Shown piece after piece: positions 1 through 11,589 of a stretch of DNA of 64,000 nt. A program made the translations under genes and the position numbers. Source of the stretch: Octopus sinensis (taxonomy: Eukaryota); contig NC_043011.1 in assembly GCF_006345805.1 (NCBI RefSeq), positions 54,014,464-54,078,463 on the forward strand. Direction: 5' to 3'. Every line of letters starts with the position of its first letter. The stretch's first letter is position 1. The notes below the pieces were generated by a model. That model ran no database searches. It had not been told where the DNA came from and was given only the letters and a program-made list of their open reading frames with translations.

Positions 1-596
1 GTAAATATGATAATGTTGATAATGATACTGCCATTGCTGGCTCTCTGGTATTTTAGGTGCCACAGTTATTTTTTTTCTTTTTTAGTTTTAGCTCAAAAGC
101 TGTGGCCATACTGGGGCACCACTGTTTATAAAGGATAAAGAGCCCTTTCCAAGTCATATAGACTCATAGGGCCAGTTTCCATGGCATATATATTCCCAAC
201 CTTCATGGGATGCTGGCCTGCCACAGGGTTACTCACTTCTGACAGATTAGAGGAATGGGGCAATGTAAAATGAAGTGTTTTGTCCAGGAATCGAAACTAC
301 AATCTTATGATCATGGGTTCAACACCCCAACCTCTAAGCCACACACCTCCACGTATTGTCATGTTTGGATTTTATTTACTTGAGCATCCACCCTGGAATC
401 TCATAAACTAAAGGTGGATAACTTTTTATTTTCATTTGTGATTAGGCATAGCTGTGTAGTTAAGGAGTTTGCTCCCAACTTCTTGGCTTTTGGTTCAGTC
501 CCACTGCATGACACATTCAACAGCTGATTGAAGGGTGTCAAAAACCCTATGACTGGATTTGGGGATTTGGTAGATGGAGAATATAAGAAGCCCATT

Positions 597-876
597 GTGT
601 GTGTGTGTGTGTATACACACATACACCCACACATCATCTATGGGGGATCAGTTGTCAAGTGATATTAGAGGGGACAAACACAGACACACGAACACACACA
701 CGCATATATACATATATACGACAGGCTTCTTTCAGTTTCTGTCTACCAAATCCATTCACAAGGCTTTGGTCGGCCCGAGGCTATAGTAGAAGACACTTGC
801 CCAAGGTGCCATGCAGTGGGACTGAACCCAGAACCATGTGGTTGGTAAGCAAGCTAGTTACCACACAGCCACTCCT
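597..876 (-). mobile_element. SINE family A, opposed to a degraded plus copy at about 445-600
   Basis: Reverse complement of the family A head and body. Confidence 0.75.
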
Positions 877-962
877 ATATATATATATGTATGAATATTC
901 ATTCTTGATGGACATGACATTTCAAAGTTTCAATTAATTTCTCTTCTTTTGGCTTCGAACAG

Positions 963-1121
963 AAAAAGATACAGGCTGACATTTGCGTTGATCAGAAAAC
1001 AGTGAAAGATGCCCTGGACATCCTCCGTGGGGCTGTTATGATTGTCTACCCTATGGGGTTACCTCCGCATGACCCTATCAGAATGGAACTGGAAAATAAA
1101 GAGCAACTTGATGGCACCCAG
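963..1121 (+). CDS. CFAP298: CFAP298 (C21orf59/Kurly) internal coding exon, phase 0-0
   Basis: Pyrimidine tract and AG at 961-962, GT at 1122. Translates KKIQADICVDQKTVKDALDILRGAVMIVYPMGLPPHDPIRMELENKEQLDGTQ, matching the CFAP298 motif LRGAVMIVYPMGLPPxDPIRME. Upstream exons are outside the window. Confidence 0.96.
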
Positions 1122-1304
1122 GTAGGATCACACAGGTTCACCTGTATATTTGTGTAATTTATACATTTGTCAACTTTGCTACCTCGTCATCGGCGTTGGT
1201 GTCCTCCTCCTCCATCCCCTTCTTTTTGTTTATGCCTACATGTTTTGTTTGTTAGATTTTCTGATCATATTCTTCAGTCTGTTAAATTTAATTAATTTTG
1301 TTAA

Positions 1305-1528
1305 CCCTTTCGTTACCATATTTATTTTGAGATGCTCTGTGTTTCTTTCAATTAATTTTAAATATAACAAAGAATTTAGTAAAATAACTTAGTTACTACC
1401 ATTAAGCTAGTGTTAGGAACATAAATTGTGACTAAAGTTTGGTGGAAGATTTTAATTCAAAACTTATGAAAACAAGACATTTGTACTCAGAGCCTGAGGC
1501 AGTTTCAGCCGGGTTGTTATCTAAAGGT
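1305..1528. mobile_element. piggyBac-type MITE
   Basis: TTAA-CCCTTT...AAAGGT-TTAA; near-duplicate of the adjacent copy. Confidence 0.7.
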
Positions 1529-1559
1529 TTAAGAATTGTCTCTCTGTTATATATTTTAA

Positions 1560-1751
1560 CCCTTTTACCATATTTCTGTTGAGATGTTCTGTGTTTCTGT
1601 CAATTAATTTTAAATATAACAAAGAATTTAGTAAAATAACTTAGTTACTATCATTAAGCTAGTGTTAGGAACATTAATTCAAAACTTATGAAAACAAGAC
1701 ATTTGTACTACATAGCCAAGGCCGGTTTTGGCCGGGTTGTTACCGAAAGGG
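1560..1751. mobile_element. piggyBac-type MITE, tandem second copy with internal deletion
   Basis: TTAA-CCCTTT...AAAGGG-TTAA; body shared with 1305-1528. Confidence 0.72.
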
Positions 1752-1929
1752 TTAATGTGTCTAATAATGCAGGGCATTATCCTGATTATGGTATCAAGTG
1801 TAATTGTGGTACCTAGTATTCCCTTAGTGTAATTGTGAACATTAGTAAAGACTTTTGCTGTCACAGACTTCCACAAGTTTTGTTTCTATTCACCATAGTC
1901 TACTGTATCGTTCCCTCTGTCTGTTTCAG

Positions 1930-2061
1930 GCTTCTCTGGAAGTCATTCCAGTTGAAAATGCTGACCTCTGGTGGGCAGGTAAGCAGTTGCTACGTGGTAA
2001 AAAGCTGAAGGATTATATCGGCAATAACGAGAAGACGAAAATTATTGCCAAATTACAAAAG
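1930..2061 (+). CDS. CFAP298: CFAP298 coding exon, phase 0-0
   Basis: tttcag| ASLEVIPVENADLWWAGKQLLRGKKLKDYIGNNEKTKIIAKLQK |gtaaac; matches the LWWAxKxL...NEKTKII motif. Confidence 0.96.
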
Positions 2062-2766
2062 GTAAACGTTTTTTTCTTTTGCATCACTTTGGTAGTTTGT
2101 TGGCAGTTGTAAAGGATGAGGTGACAGTTGTTGTTTTGTAGTGGTGGTGTGTTGGTACTTGCCAACCACTCCGTGAGTGTAGTGGGTGCTTTTTACGTGC
2201 CACCTGTAAAGGGAATATCTGTTCAGACTGTATTTTGCTCATTGCTGAGTTCATATTCTACTGAGGGCGACATTGCCTTTCATCCCTTTTGGGGTTGATA
2301 AAATAAGTACCAGCTGTGCACTGGGGTCAGTGTAATCAACTTATTCCTTCCCTACAAAATTGGGCCTTGTGCTTATTATCATCATAAACTTACCATTGGA
2401 ACTCCAAAATCAGGACCTAATAGAGCAAAACAGTATAAAAATTCGTGCTCAGTTCACCCATGTTACCTAGAACTGGGAAATCTTATTCAATAGACAAAAT
2501 ATTGAAATTTGTTCTCCAGTTCTATAGAACGGATTATTATTATTATAGTAAGTTGGCAGAATCTTTAACACATTGACAAAGTGCTCAATGGCATCTTGTT
2601 CTTCTTTATGTCCATGTTCAAATTCTTCTGAGGTCTGTTTTGCCTTTCATCCTTTGAAAGTTGATGAATTAAATATCAGTTAAGCACTAGGGTCCATGAA
2701 ATCGACTGGTCCCCTTTTTAAAATATTTGTAAATTGGTTTCTTTCTCTCGTCTTGTAACCCACTAG

Positions 2767-2862
2767 CTTGGACAAGGTGCCCCAGGTCGTGAACCTGTGG
2801 TCAGTGAGCAGGAACAAAAGGAGATGATGGCCTATTATTACAGAAAGCAAGAAGCAGCAAAG
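2767..2862 (+). CDS. CFAP298: CFAP298 coding exon, phase 0-0 (96 nt)
   Basis: cactag| LGQGAPGREPVVSEQEQKEMMAYYYRKQEAAK |gtaaat; matches GQGAPxREP...EQKxMMxYY. Confidence 0.95.
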
Positions 2863-3574
2863 GTAAATTGAACCAGAAACCCTTTTTTTTTTTTGTTTTA
2901 TTTGCTCTTTTCATTTTCGTGTCCAATCCGTCAATCCACACAAGCTTCATCCATCATCATCATCATCATATGTCTATTTTCCGTGCTGGCATTGGACGGT
3001 TTGACCAGAGCTGGTAAGACCAGGTGGGGATTGATAAAATAAGTACCAGCTGTGCACTGGGGTCAATGTAATCAACTTATTCCTACCCCACAAAGTCGGG
3101 CTTTGTGCTTATTATAATCATAAACTTACCAATGGAACTCCAAAATCAGGACCTAATAGAGCAAAACTGTTTAAAAATTCGTGCTCAGCACACCCATGTT
3201 ACCTAGAACTGGGAAATCTTATTCAATAGACAAAATATTAAAATTTGTTCCCCAGTTCTATAGAAAGGATTATTATTATTTTAGTGAGCTGGCAGAATCT
3301 TTAACACATTGACAAAGTGCTTAATGGCATCTTGTCCCTCTTTATGTTCCATGTTCAAATCCACCAATCCACACAAGCTTCATATATCATCATCATCATC
3401 ATCATATGTCCATTTTCCATGCTGGCATTCGATGGTTTGACCAGAGCTGGTAAGACCAGGGGCTGCACCAGGTTCCATTCATTGTCTGTTCTGGGCATAC
3501 CTTCTATGACTAGATACCTTTTGTAATGCCAACCAGTGCTTTTAATGTGGCACCAGCACTGGTACCGATTCTCT

Positions 3575-3810
3575 TGTGACAGACGGGTTTTCTTGGGTTC
3601 AGCAAGACACCAATATCTCAGTTCTTAGACATTTCCTTCATAAGGGTCAGTGTCTTGAGATCAACCTTAGATGCTTCATCCCATGTCTTGCTGGGTCTCC
3701 CTCTCCCACCAGTTCCATCCATTTTAAGTGACCAGCACTTCTGTGCGCATCTGTCTACATCCATACACATCCCATGACCAACCAGCACAGACTTCTCTCT
3801 TTTACACTAC
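3575..3810 (-). mobile_element. RTE-clade LINE 3' fragment (degraded)
   Basis: Translates ...MDVDRCAQKCWSLKMDGTGGRGRPSKTWDEASKVDLKTL, the RTE C-terminal RGRP.KTW motif. Confidence 0.6.
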
Positions 3811-3984
3811 ATCAGAGAGAGAAAGAAAGGGAGAGAGAGAGAGAGGCAGATAAAGGGTACTGTGGTGAATAAACTGTTGTCTAAATTACACAAAAATGAA
3901 AATAACACTGGCATCTTATTTTTAGAGATATATTTACCAAAGTTAAATTTAAATACCTTGAAATACTAAAGAGTAAATTTATTC

Positions 3985-4275
3985 AATTAAATCACCTTTG
4001 GCTTCAACCACGGCCTCCAGACTCTTCTGGACATTCTCCTTGTTTATGGTGGTAAATGCTGCCATAATCTTTGCCTTCAGTTCATCTTTGGTGTTTCAAG
4101 GAGTTTTGTTGGTCTCTCACTCAACTGTGCCCCACACATAACAATCAAGGAGGTTGCAATCTGGGGAGTTAGGTGGTCAGATGTTAGGGGTGATGTGGTC
4201 GCAGAAATTATCTGACAGCCATGACTGGGTTCTCCTGCTTGTGTGGCATGGTACAGAGTCCTGTTGCCAGACAGA
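3985..4275 (-). mobile_element. Tc1/mariner-superfamily transposase C-terminal relic
   Basis: VWQQDSVPCHTSRRTQSWLSDNFCDHITPNI*PPNSPDCNLLDCYVWG...ELKAKI...LEAVVEAKGDLIE*, with stops. Confidence 0.78.
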
Positions 4276-5240
4276 GGGTCTTAGATGTTGTCATTGTCAT
4301 ATAACATTCAATCTTCAATGCTTGCATGGCTCAGATAGAATTTGTGTGACAAAAGTTTTCAATGCCTGCAAAACACTTCCTGATCCCCATACTCAGCTGT
4401 TTCCAAGCAAGACAGTATTTCCCATGGTCAAAAGACTGGAAATGAACAGCACCGCTCGTATGACAGGGATGTTCGTTTACATCCATCATGTGGCATTAAG
4501 ACAAGAGCACACAGAAATACAGGCATGCACCCACACACACACACCACACACACACACATATATGTATGTATACGCAATAGGCTTCTTTTAGTTTCCATCT
4601 ACCAAATCCACTAAGAAGGCTGTAGTAGAAAATATTTGCTTAACATGCCACACAGTGGGATTGAACCTGAGATCACATGGTTGGCAAACAAGCAACCTAT
4701 CCATGGCCCTTTGGCTGGAGCTAGTAAAAGTATAATCACATGAAACTTTATAATCTTGTTTCTTATTAATGAAGGCATCTTCACCAAAGAAACAATCTTA
4801 GCATCAAGGGACATAATTCGTGTTCCTTTTTTGACATAACAATTTATAAGTTATCTCCCTCTTGAAAACACACACACACACACGCATACACACACACATT
4901 AAATGCGTATATATATATATAACATATACGCACAGACATTAATGCACACATATATATACACACACATACACAAACAAATGCGCTTATATATATGCATACA
5001 CAAAAAACGAATGTACACATCCATGCACATGCACACACAGTCGTTCCCTTCCACGGGTTCTTCCCATGTAGATTTTCTTTTCCTGCTACATTATCCAACA
5101 TGTAATCCTGCCCACACATCACGTGTTCATACCAACTCAGTCTTTCCTCTTGTACACTACAACCGATTGCTATTTCACCCAGTTCTTTTCTCAGCTCATT
5201 TCTATTTCTCCATTCATAGATACTAACATTACATGTACAG

Positions 5241-6197
5241 GCGCAGGAGTGGCTGTGTGGTAAGTAGCTTGCTAACCAGCCACATGGTTCCGGGTTCAGT
5301 CCCACTGCGTGGCATCTTGGGCAAGTGTCTTCTGCTATAGCCTCGGGCCGACCAAAGCCTTGTGAATAGGCAATACATTTGACAATGTAATCTGGACACT
5401 AAAGGGTTAATGTCATACATGGTGCAGGAGTAGCTGTGTGGTAAGTAGCTTGCTTACCAACCACACGGTTCCGGGTTCAGTCCCACTGCGTGGCATCTTG
5501 GGCAAGTGTCTTCTGCTATAGCCTCGGGCCGACCAAAGCCTTGTGAATAGGCAATACATTTGACAATGTAATCTGGACACTAAAGGGTTAATGTCATACA
5601 TGGTGCAGGAGTAGCTGTGTGGTAAGTAGCTTGCTTACCAACCACATGGTTCCGGGTTCAGTCCCACTGCGTGGCATCTTGGGCAAGTGTCTTCTGCTAT
5701 AGCCTCGGGCCGACCAAAGCCTTGTGAATAGGCAATACATTTGACAATGTAATCTGGACACTAAAGGGTTAATGTCATACATGGTGCAGGAGTAGCTGTG
5801 TGGTAAGTAGCTTGCTTACCAACCACACGGTTCCGGGTTCAGTCCCACTGCGTGGCATCTTGGGCAAGTGTCTTCTGCTATAGCCCCGGGCCGACCAATG
5901 CCTTGTGAGTGGATTCGGTAGACGGAAACTGAAAGAAGCCTGTCGTATATATGTATATATATATATAAGTGTGTGTGTATATGTTTGTGTGTCTGTGTTT
6001 GTCCCCCCTAGCATTGCTTGACAACTGATGCTGGTGTGTTTACGTCTCCCTCACTAAGCGGTTTGGCAAAAGAGACCAATAGAATAAGTACTGGGCTTAC
6101 AAAGAATAAGTCCCGGGGTCGATTTGCTCGACTAAAGGCGGTGCTCCAGCATGGCCGCAGTCAAATGACTGAAACGAGTAAAAGAGTAAAAAGAGAG
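5241..6197 (+). mobile_element. tRNA-derived SINE (family A) preceded by three 181-bp tandem units
   Basis: Head GGAGTGGCTGTGTGGTAAG...GGTTCAGTCCC at 5241, 5422, 5603 and 5784. The last copy continues through the CORE-like CTTGGGCAAGT segment, TA/TG microsatellite and AAAAGAGT tail. Confidence 0.85.
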
Positions 6198-7356
6198 AAT
6201 GGAGCGTGCTTTCCTCAATTTGTTTTTTCTTTTTCCTGTCTTTGCACTTCCTCCACCCCCTCAATACCCGTCTTTCTTTCATTACCTTGCAGCATTTATA
6301 TATTTCATGAAAACCTATGCAATGCTTTATTAAATCCCTTTGCTGTTATTACTGATTCGTTCTCACTTTTCCCTCCAAATGAGTAGCCATGTGCTTCCTC
6401 TACTACAAGAACCTGCTCTGCCCCAAACCCCCTCCTGTTCCCTAACTCCCTCTTCTGCCACAACCCCCTCCTCTCATACCTTAACCCTCATTCTTTTGCA
6501 TAAAGCTGCTCCACCCCTTTGGCCTTCGTAGTCTTGCGAGCTACATGGTGGTCTCACTAGTGTTGGGAGCATGAAATAGAAGCACCCAGTGCATTCTGTT
6601 AAGTGGTTGGGCATCCAACCATAGGAACCATGCCAAGTAAACCCTGGAGTACAATGCAGTCCTTGGATTCACCAGACCCTATCAAACCATCCAGTGCCTG
6701 CCAGCATGGAACAGGGATGTGAAATGATGATGATGAGTCAGAGATTCTTGTTTGAAACCTTGCTGCAGATATTATTGGATAAGTGGCAATGAAGTTGGAT
6801 ACGGTACTTGTGTCTCTGAGTATGCAAGAGAGTGATGGCACCTATTGATTGTTTTATATACAGTCAGGAAAAAAGCATGTACAAAGCACCCAGTCCACAC
6901 TGTGAAGTGGTTGGCATTTGGAAGGGCATCCAGGGATGTAAACATACCAATTCTGGCTGTCAAGTGGTGATGGGGGACAGAGACACAAGGATACACGCAC
7001 ATAAATATATGCATATATTTATATATGACGGGCTTCTTTCCGTTTCCATTTACCAAATCCACCAACACAAGGCTTTGGTCAGTCCGAAGCTATATTAGAA
7101 GACATTTGCCCAAGGTGCCACATAGTGGGACTGAACCTGGAACCATGTGGTTGGGAAGCAAGCTTCTTGCTACACAGCCTGCCTGCACCTATGTATTGTA
7201 GAAGTATAACCCAGCTTATTGCTCATAAATTTTAATAGCAAAATAGTATACGGAGCCCTAAGGGTCATGTGGACCCCAGTTGATAACCACTGATCTACAC
7301 AATCTGTCTATTCAATCGACAACTGCATACCATCTGTCTATCCTATCCAGTAAACA

Positions 7357-7393
<37 letters not shown>

Positions 7394-7395
<2 letters not shown>

Positions 7396-7945
7396 TAGCA
7401 GCTAATCCCGGTTTCACCCGACCTGTTTGGATGATGTGGCTGTGATCGTCTTTGGTTAGGCATATGTGAATGAAAATTAAGTTCAGACCTGTACATGGTA
7501 GCTAGACCTGGTAGAAATAGCAGGCAAATCTCCCTCAAAACACCCTACTGTCTTAATCCGACAATTCTGCCTATTATGTAGTTTGATTGAGAAACTGTAA
7601 CTAAAGATTAAGATTATTAAGCCCACAAAGAGGTGAAAGAAGAGAGCGAAAGTTTTGGCTGACTGTCATCCTGTACTTCCTTTGCTAGTGAACTGGTACA
7701 TGCCAACTGTGTGAGCAACTGGTTGTTTTAATGGCGGAACAAATGGGAATTCCATTAGAAAAAGTTTTAATCGATTTTCTCGGTAATTATGGGTGCTAGG
7801 AAAAAAAATACAAACCGCATTCTAATCTATGCACCCGTCTCCACATGTGTGCCATTTTTCACATGAATCCACCCAGCCGTTTGGCTGTGAACCTCAAGAC
7901 AAGAAAGAATACAACGATCGCCCATGTCCGATTTATATTATAGAT
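7394..7945 (+). mobile_element. Non-autonomous Helitron/Helentron-type element
   Basis: Starts ACTAGCAGCTAATCCCGG, ends ATTTATATTATAGAT; sits after a (TA)n tract. Confidence 0.55.
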
Positions 7946-8029
7946 ATACACTGTTATGTCTGTACAAGAAGCTATTCTGATGTAACTATTTCTTTTTATA
8001 CTGACCATTCTTTGTTTCTCATTCAACAG

Positions 8030-8131
8030 AAATTAGCAGCAGATGATGAAGATTCTTTTTTAAATTCTGAATGGGCTGACAATCAAATGCTGAAGAAGAA
8101 ATTTCAGGGCCTGACCAACATCAGGTATTAG
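8030..8131 (+). CDS. CFAP298: CFAP298 last coding exon
   Basis: caacag| KLAADDEDSFLNSEWADNQMLKKKFQGLTNIRY*; matches the C-terminal DDxxxLNSxWAD motif; TAG stop at 8129-8131. Confidence 0.93.
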   Translation, partial: KLAADDEDSFLNSEWADNQMLKKKFQGLTNIRY

Positions 8132-8171
8132 GCTGTGGGAAGAAGTTGTAAAGTTGTAAATTATATCACTG

Positions 8172-8177
8172 AATAAA
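8172..8177 (+). terminator. Candidate polyadenylation signal of CFAP298
   Basis: AATAAA about 40 nt after the stop, followed by T-rich sequence. Positional inference only. Confidence 0.45.
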
Positions 8178-8423
8178 CTTTATATTTTCATTTGTATTAA
8201 ATCTTTGTGTTAATTAACTGAAATCATATGTTTTTAATGTTATATTCTGTTTCATTATTATTGTTGTTGTTTAAGGCAGGGTACTGGCAGAATCGTTAGC
8301 ATGCCGGGCAAAATGCTTAGTGGTATTTCGCCTTACACTTCTATATTTAAGAGATGAGGAATTATGTACATTATTTACATTATTTACATTCGATGGATAT
8401 TTGTCCTCATCTTGTTTGTTGTT

Positions 8424-8469
8424 AACACAACGTTTCGGCTGATATACTCTCCAGCCTTCATCAGGTGTC
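8424..8469 (-). ncRNA. Minimal type I hammerhead ribozyme motif (family 1, best-preserved copy)
   Basis: Minus strand reads GACAC CTGATGA A GGCTG gagagtatat CAGCC GAA ACGT T GTGTT: stem I GACAC/GTGTT, full catalytic core, 5-bp stem II, palindromic ACGT stem III, predicted cleavage after GUU. Confidence 0.75.
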
Positions 8470-8628
8470 TTGGGGAAATTTCGAACCTGGGTTCTTATTC
8501 CTAAGGTATTTTTCGATGTTGTTGTTGTTATTATTATTAAGGTCACTGCCTGGAATTGAACTTGGAATCTTGGGGTTAGTAGCCCGTGCTCTTAACCCCA
8601 AGATTCCAAGTTCGATTCCAGGCAGTGA

Positions 8629-8673
<45 letters not shown>

Positions 8674-8725
8674 CAACATCGAAAAATACCTTAGGAATAA
8701 GAACCCAGGTTTGAAATTTCCCCAA

Positions 8726-8771
8726 GACACCTGATGAAGGTTGGAGGGTATATCAGCCGAAATGTTGTGTT
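8726..8771 (+). ncRNA. Hammerhead motif family 1, copy with CpG-type decay in stem III
   Basis: GACAC CTGATGA A GGTTG gagggtatat CAGCC GAA ATGT T GTGTT. Confidence 0.62.
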
Positions 8772-9613
8772 AACAACAAACAAGATGACAAATATCCGTC
8801 AATTGTACATAATGTAAATAAGGTATTTTGCCTGTCTTTCAGTTCTGACTTTAAATTCCACCAAGGTCAACTTTACCTTTCATCCTCTCATCAGCATTGC
8901 ATCTCAAAAGAGAGTTAGGTATGTTTTTGGTTGAATGTAATTTGTGTAACTAAAAGTATTTAAGAGAAGTTATTTAAATTAAGTGAAGAGTGTCAACTGT
9001 GTGTATTTAGATAACATGTGTAACAAAATTTTTATTTTTATTTTTGTTTCTGGTCAGTAAGTGTTATTTCCTATTTGCTTCTTTCTAGAAATCAAAGGAA
9101 ATGACTACTATTCCCTTCAAACTTTGCTTTTGAAACTGATCCATTTTCCATTACATCTCAGAGAGATTCAGCGTTGAATTGGTGAAGCAGAAATACTGTT
9201 ATAGTAAATATTTTGCTCAATATTGCAGATTTGCTTGTCAGTTGTTTGACCGTAACCACTTGAGCATGTCCCTTAGTGACTGACAATATGTGCATCTCTG
9301 ATCATAAGCAGGAGTAGTGGGGCGGGGGGCATCATATCCACATGTTGTGAGGGATTCTTTGGGGGTTTGAATAAATATAACAAAAGCTAAGTTTGAAGGA
9401 AATATTAGCCATTTTCCGTACTTTCTAGGGATTAGCAAATAGGAAATAACAGTAGGTACTCTAGTTGTTGTCATCTCTAGGATTAAGTATGGTGATGCAA
9501 ACAGGAGAAGTAGAACTCAAAATATGAGTACAGGCATATTTTTATTAATATTTAGCAGAAGCAACAGAGTGACTCAAGGTTTCATGTGTTGGCCCTTGAG
9601 TCTGTTCTGTTAA

Positions 9614-10011
9614 ATCTCTCTATATATAAAACTGAAGTTGTCTGTGTGTGTGTAGCAGGTTTGGTAGCCTTCAACTAACACTATCTCCTCTGAGACCCTG
9701 CGACCCAAGTTGACCAAAATTGAGAGTATGATAGAAGAAGGCTTGCTCTTCCTTCCGTAGAAGAAATAATTCAAATCGGACCATGTTAACACCAAAAATC
9801 ATTTACATCAAAAACGTGCTTTTTTTCTATGAAAATCCCTATTTTTTACAATTTTTTGACTACTGTGTCACCATTTTTCGGTGTATTTCAACCAGGAAAA
9901 TGTTTACTTAAAGAGAATAACAAGCTACATAATGCAAAATTTTTACTTTTCAAAAATTCCAATACTAAAGGGTCGAAACAAACCCGAGCAACGCCGGGAG
10001 ATACTGTTAGT
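9614..10011 (-). mobile_element. Non-autonomous Helitron/Helentron-type element
   Basis: Minus strand ACTAACAGTATCTCCCGGCGTTGCTCGGG...TTTTATATATAGAGAGAT. Confidence 0.6.
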
Positions 10012-11309
10012 ATTAATAAAAATAACTGTAGGACTGAGGGGCAGTTTACACCATGCAACACTTTTATGGGACTGACACTTTTGGGTCTGTTGTATAAGAC
10101 TATATAACCTCGTGAGCCTACAGTAGTGATTAATTAAACCAGGTAAATTGGATTTTCATATATTTTTAAATATCTTTCATTTCAATTTCTTTTCTTTTTT
10201 TTTGCTAATTTTCATAAATAGGCATGGCCATGTAATTAAGAGACTCACTTTGCAACCATATATTTTCAGGTTCAGTGCCACTATATGGCACCTTGGCAAG
10301 TGTTTTCTACAATAGCCTCTGGGTCGTTCAATGCTGTGTTAGTGAATTTGGTAAACTGAAACTATGTAGAAACATGTCAAAAATAAACTCGCGGCTGGCA
10401 CCAAGCCACCTCCCTCAGTGCCACTCTTTCTTATATAGCCAAGAGGTCTTTGTCTTGTAAGTTACATGGTGACCTCCCTTGTTGGTGCCATGTAAAAAGC
10501 ACCAATGTTGGTGCCACATAAAAAGCAGGCAGTATAGTCTCTAAAGTGGTTGGCATTAGGAAGCCATCTAGCCATAGGAACCATGCTAAAGCAGACAATG
10601 GACCTGGTGCAGCTCTCTGGCTTGCCAGCTCCTGTCAAACCATCCAACCCATGCCAGCATGGAAAGCAGATGTTAAATGTTGGTGATGATAATGATGATA
10701 TATGTATGTGTATGTATGTATGTATGTATATGCATGTATGTATGTGTGTGCATGTGTTGTTAGTGTGTTGTGTGTGCACATATATGTATATATGTGTGTG
10801 TGTCTCTCCTCTATCACTTGACAGCCAGTGTTTGTTTATATCCAGTAACCTAGCAGTTTGGCAAAAGAGACTGATAGAATAAGTGCCAGACTTAAAGAAT
10901 TAAGTACTGGGATTGATTTGTTCAACTAAACCCTACAAAGCGGTGCCCCAGCATGGCCACAATCCAATGACTGAGGAAGCAATGATAGAAGCTAAAAGAT
11001 GCAAAGTGCACATACAGCCAATACAATTGGTTTCAAAGTTTGGCACAAGGCCAGCAACTTTGAGGGAAGGGGGTAAATCTATTTCATCGACCCCAGTGCT
11101 GAACTGGTACTTATTTTATTGACCCCCAAAAGGATGAAAGGCAAATTTGAACACAGAACATAAAGATGGATGAAACGCCTCTAAGCCTTTTTGCTTGGTG
11201 TGCCTACGATTCTGCCAGTTCACTGCCTTGTATGTTTCTAAAAACTGATTTCAAATTTTGGCACAAGTCCAGTAATTTTGGGGAAGGCGTTAAGTCGATT
11301 ATATCACAC

Positions 11310-11575
11310 TGAAGTCAATACAGTATAAAAGTTGTCCCTATTGTCATGGGAGCATTGGGCTAAATACCACCCAACCTGAAAAAAAATATCTGGAAACTTT
11401 AGAAATACCCTACAATCTATGTGTATTGCAAAAGTCAGCATTACTTGAAACTGCATGCATATTGTGTTAAGTACTGTCTGTCTGAGGTCCTTGCTGTGAC
11501 TTGACAGACAGTACAAACCTCCGGTACATACAATATCTTCAATCAACATCACGATATTGGATACTGTGTGATGTC
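11310..11575 (+). mobile_element. R4/Dong-like RLE non-LTR retrotransposon 3' end (relic 1)
   Basis: KVVPIVMGALG*IPPNLKKYLETLEIPYNLCVLQKSALLETACILC*VLSV* plus 3' UTR. Confidence 0.65.
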
Positions 11576-11589
11576 TTAAGTAATAATGA

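Larger units (their letters stand above)
8341..8820. mobile_element. Inverted pair of tRNA-headed, (AAT)n- and hammerhead-containing element, inserted in another SINE
   Basis: Minus arm 8341-8597 and plus arm 8593-8820 join at shared TAACC. Flanked by GGTATTTCGCC (8322-8332) and GGTATTTTGCC (8822-8832), a possible TSD. Confidence 0.75.

Noticed and set aside
8121-8131. Cryptic donor (ATCAG|GTATTA) implying a further CFAP298 exon
   Set aside because: The in-frame TAG gives a C-terminus of near-orthologous length and an AATAAA follows; no further exon is needed, though cDNA should confirm.
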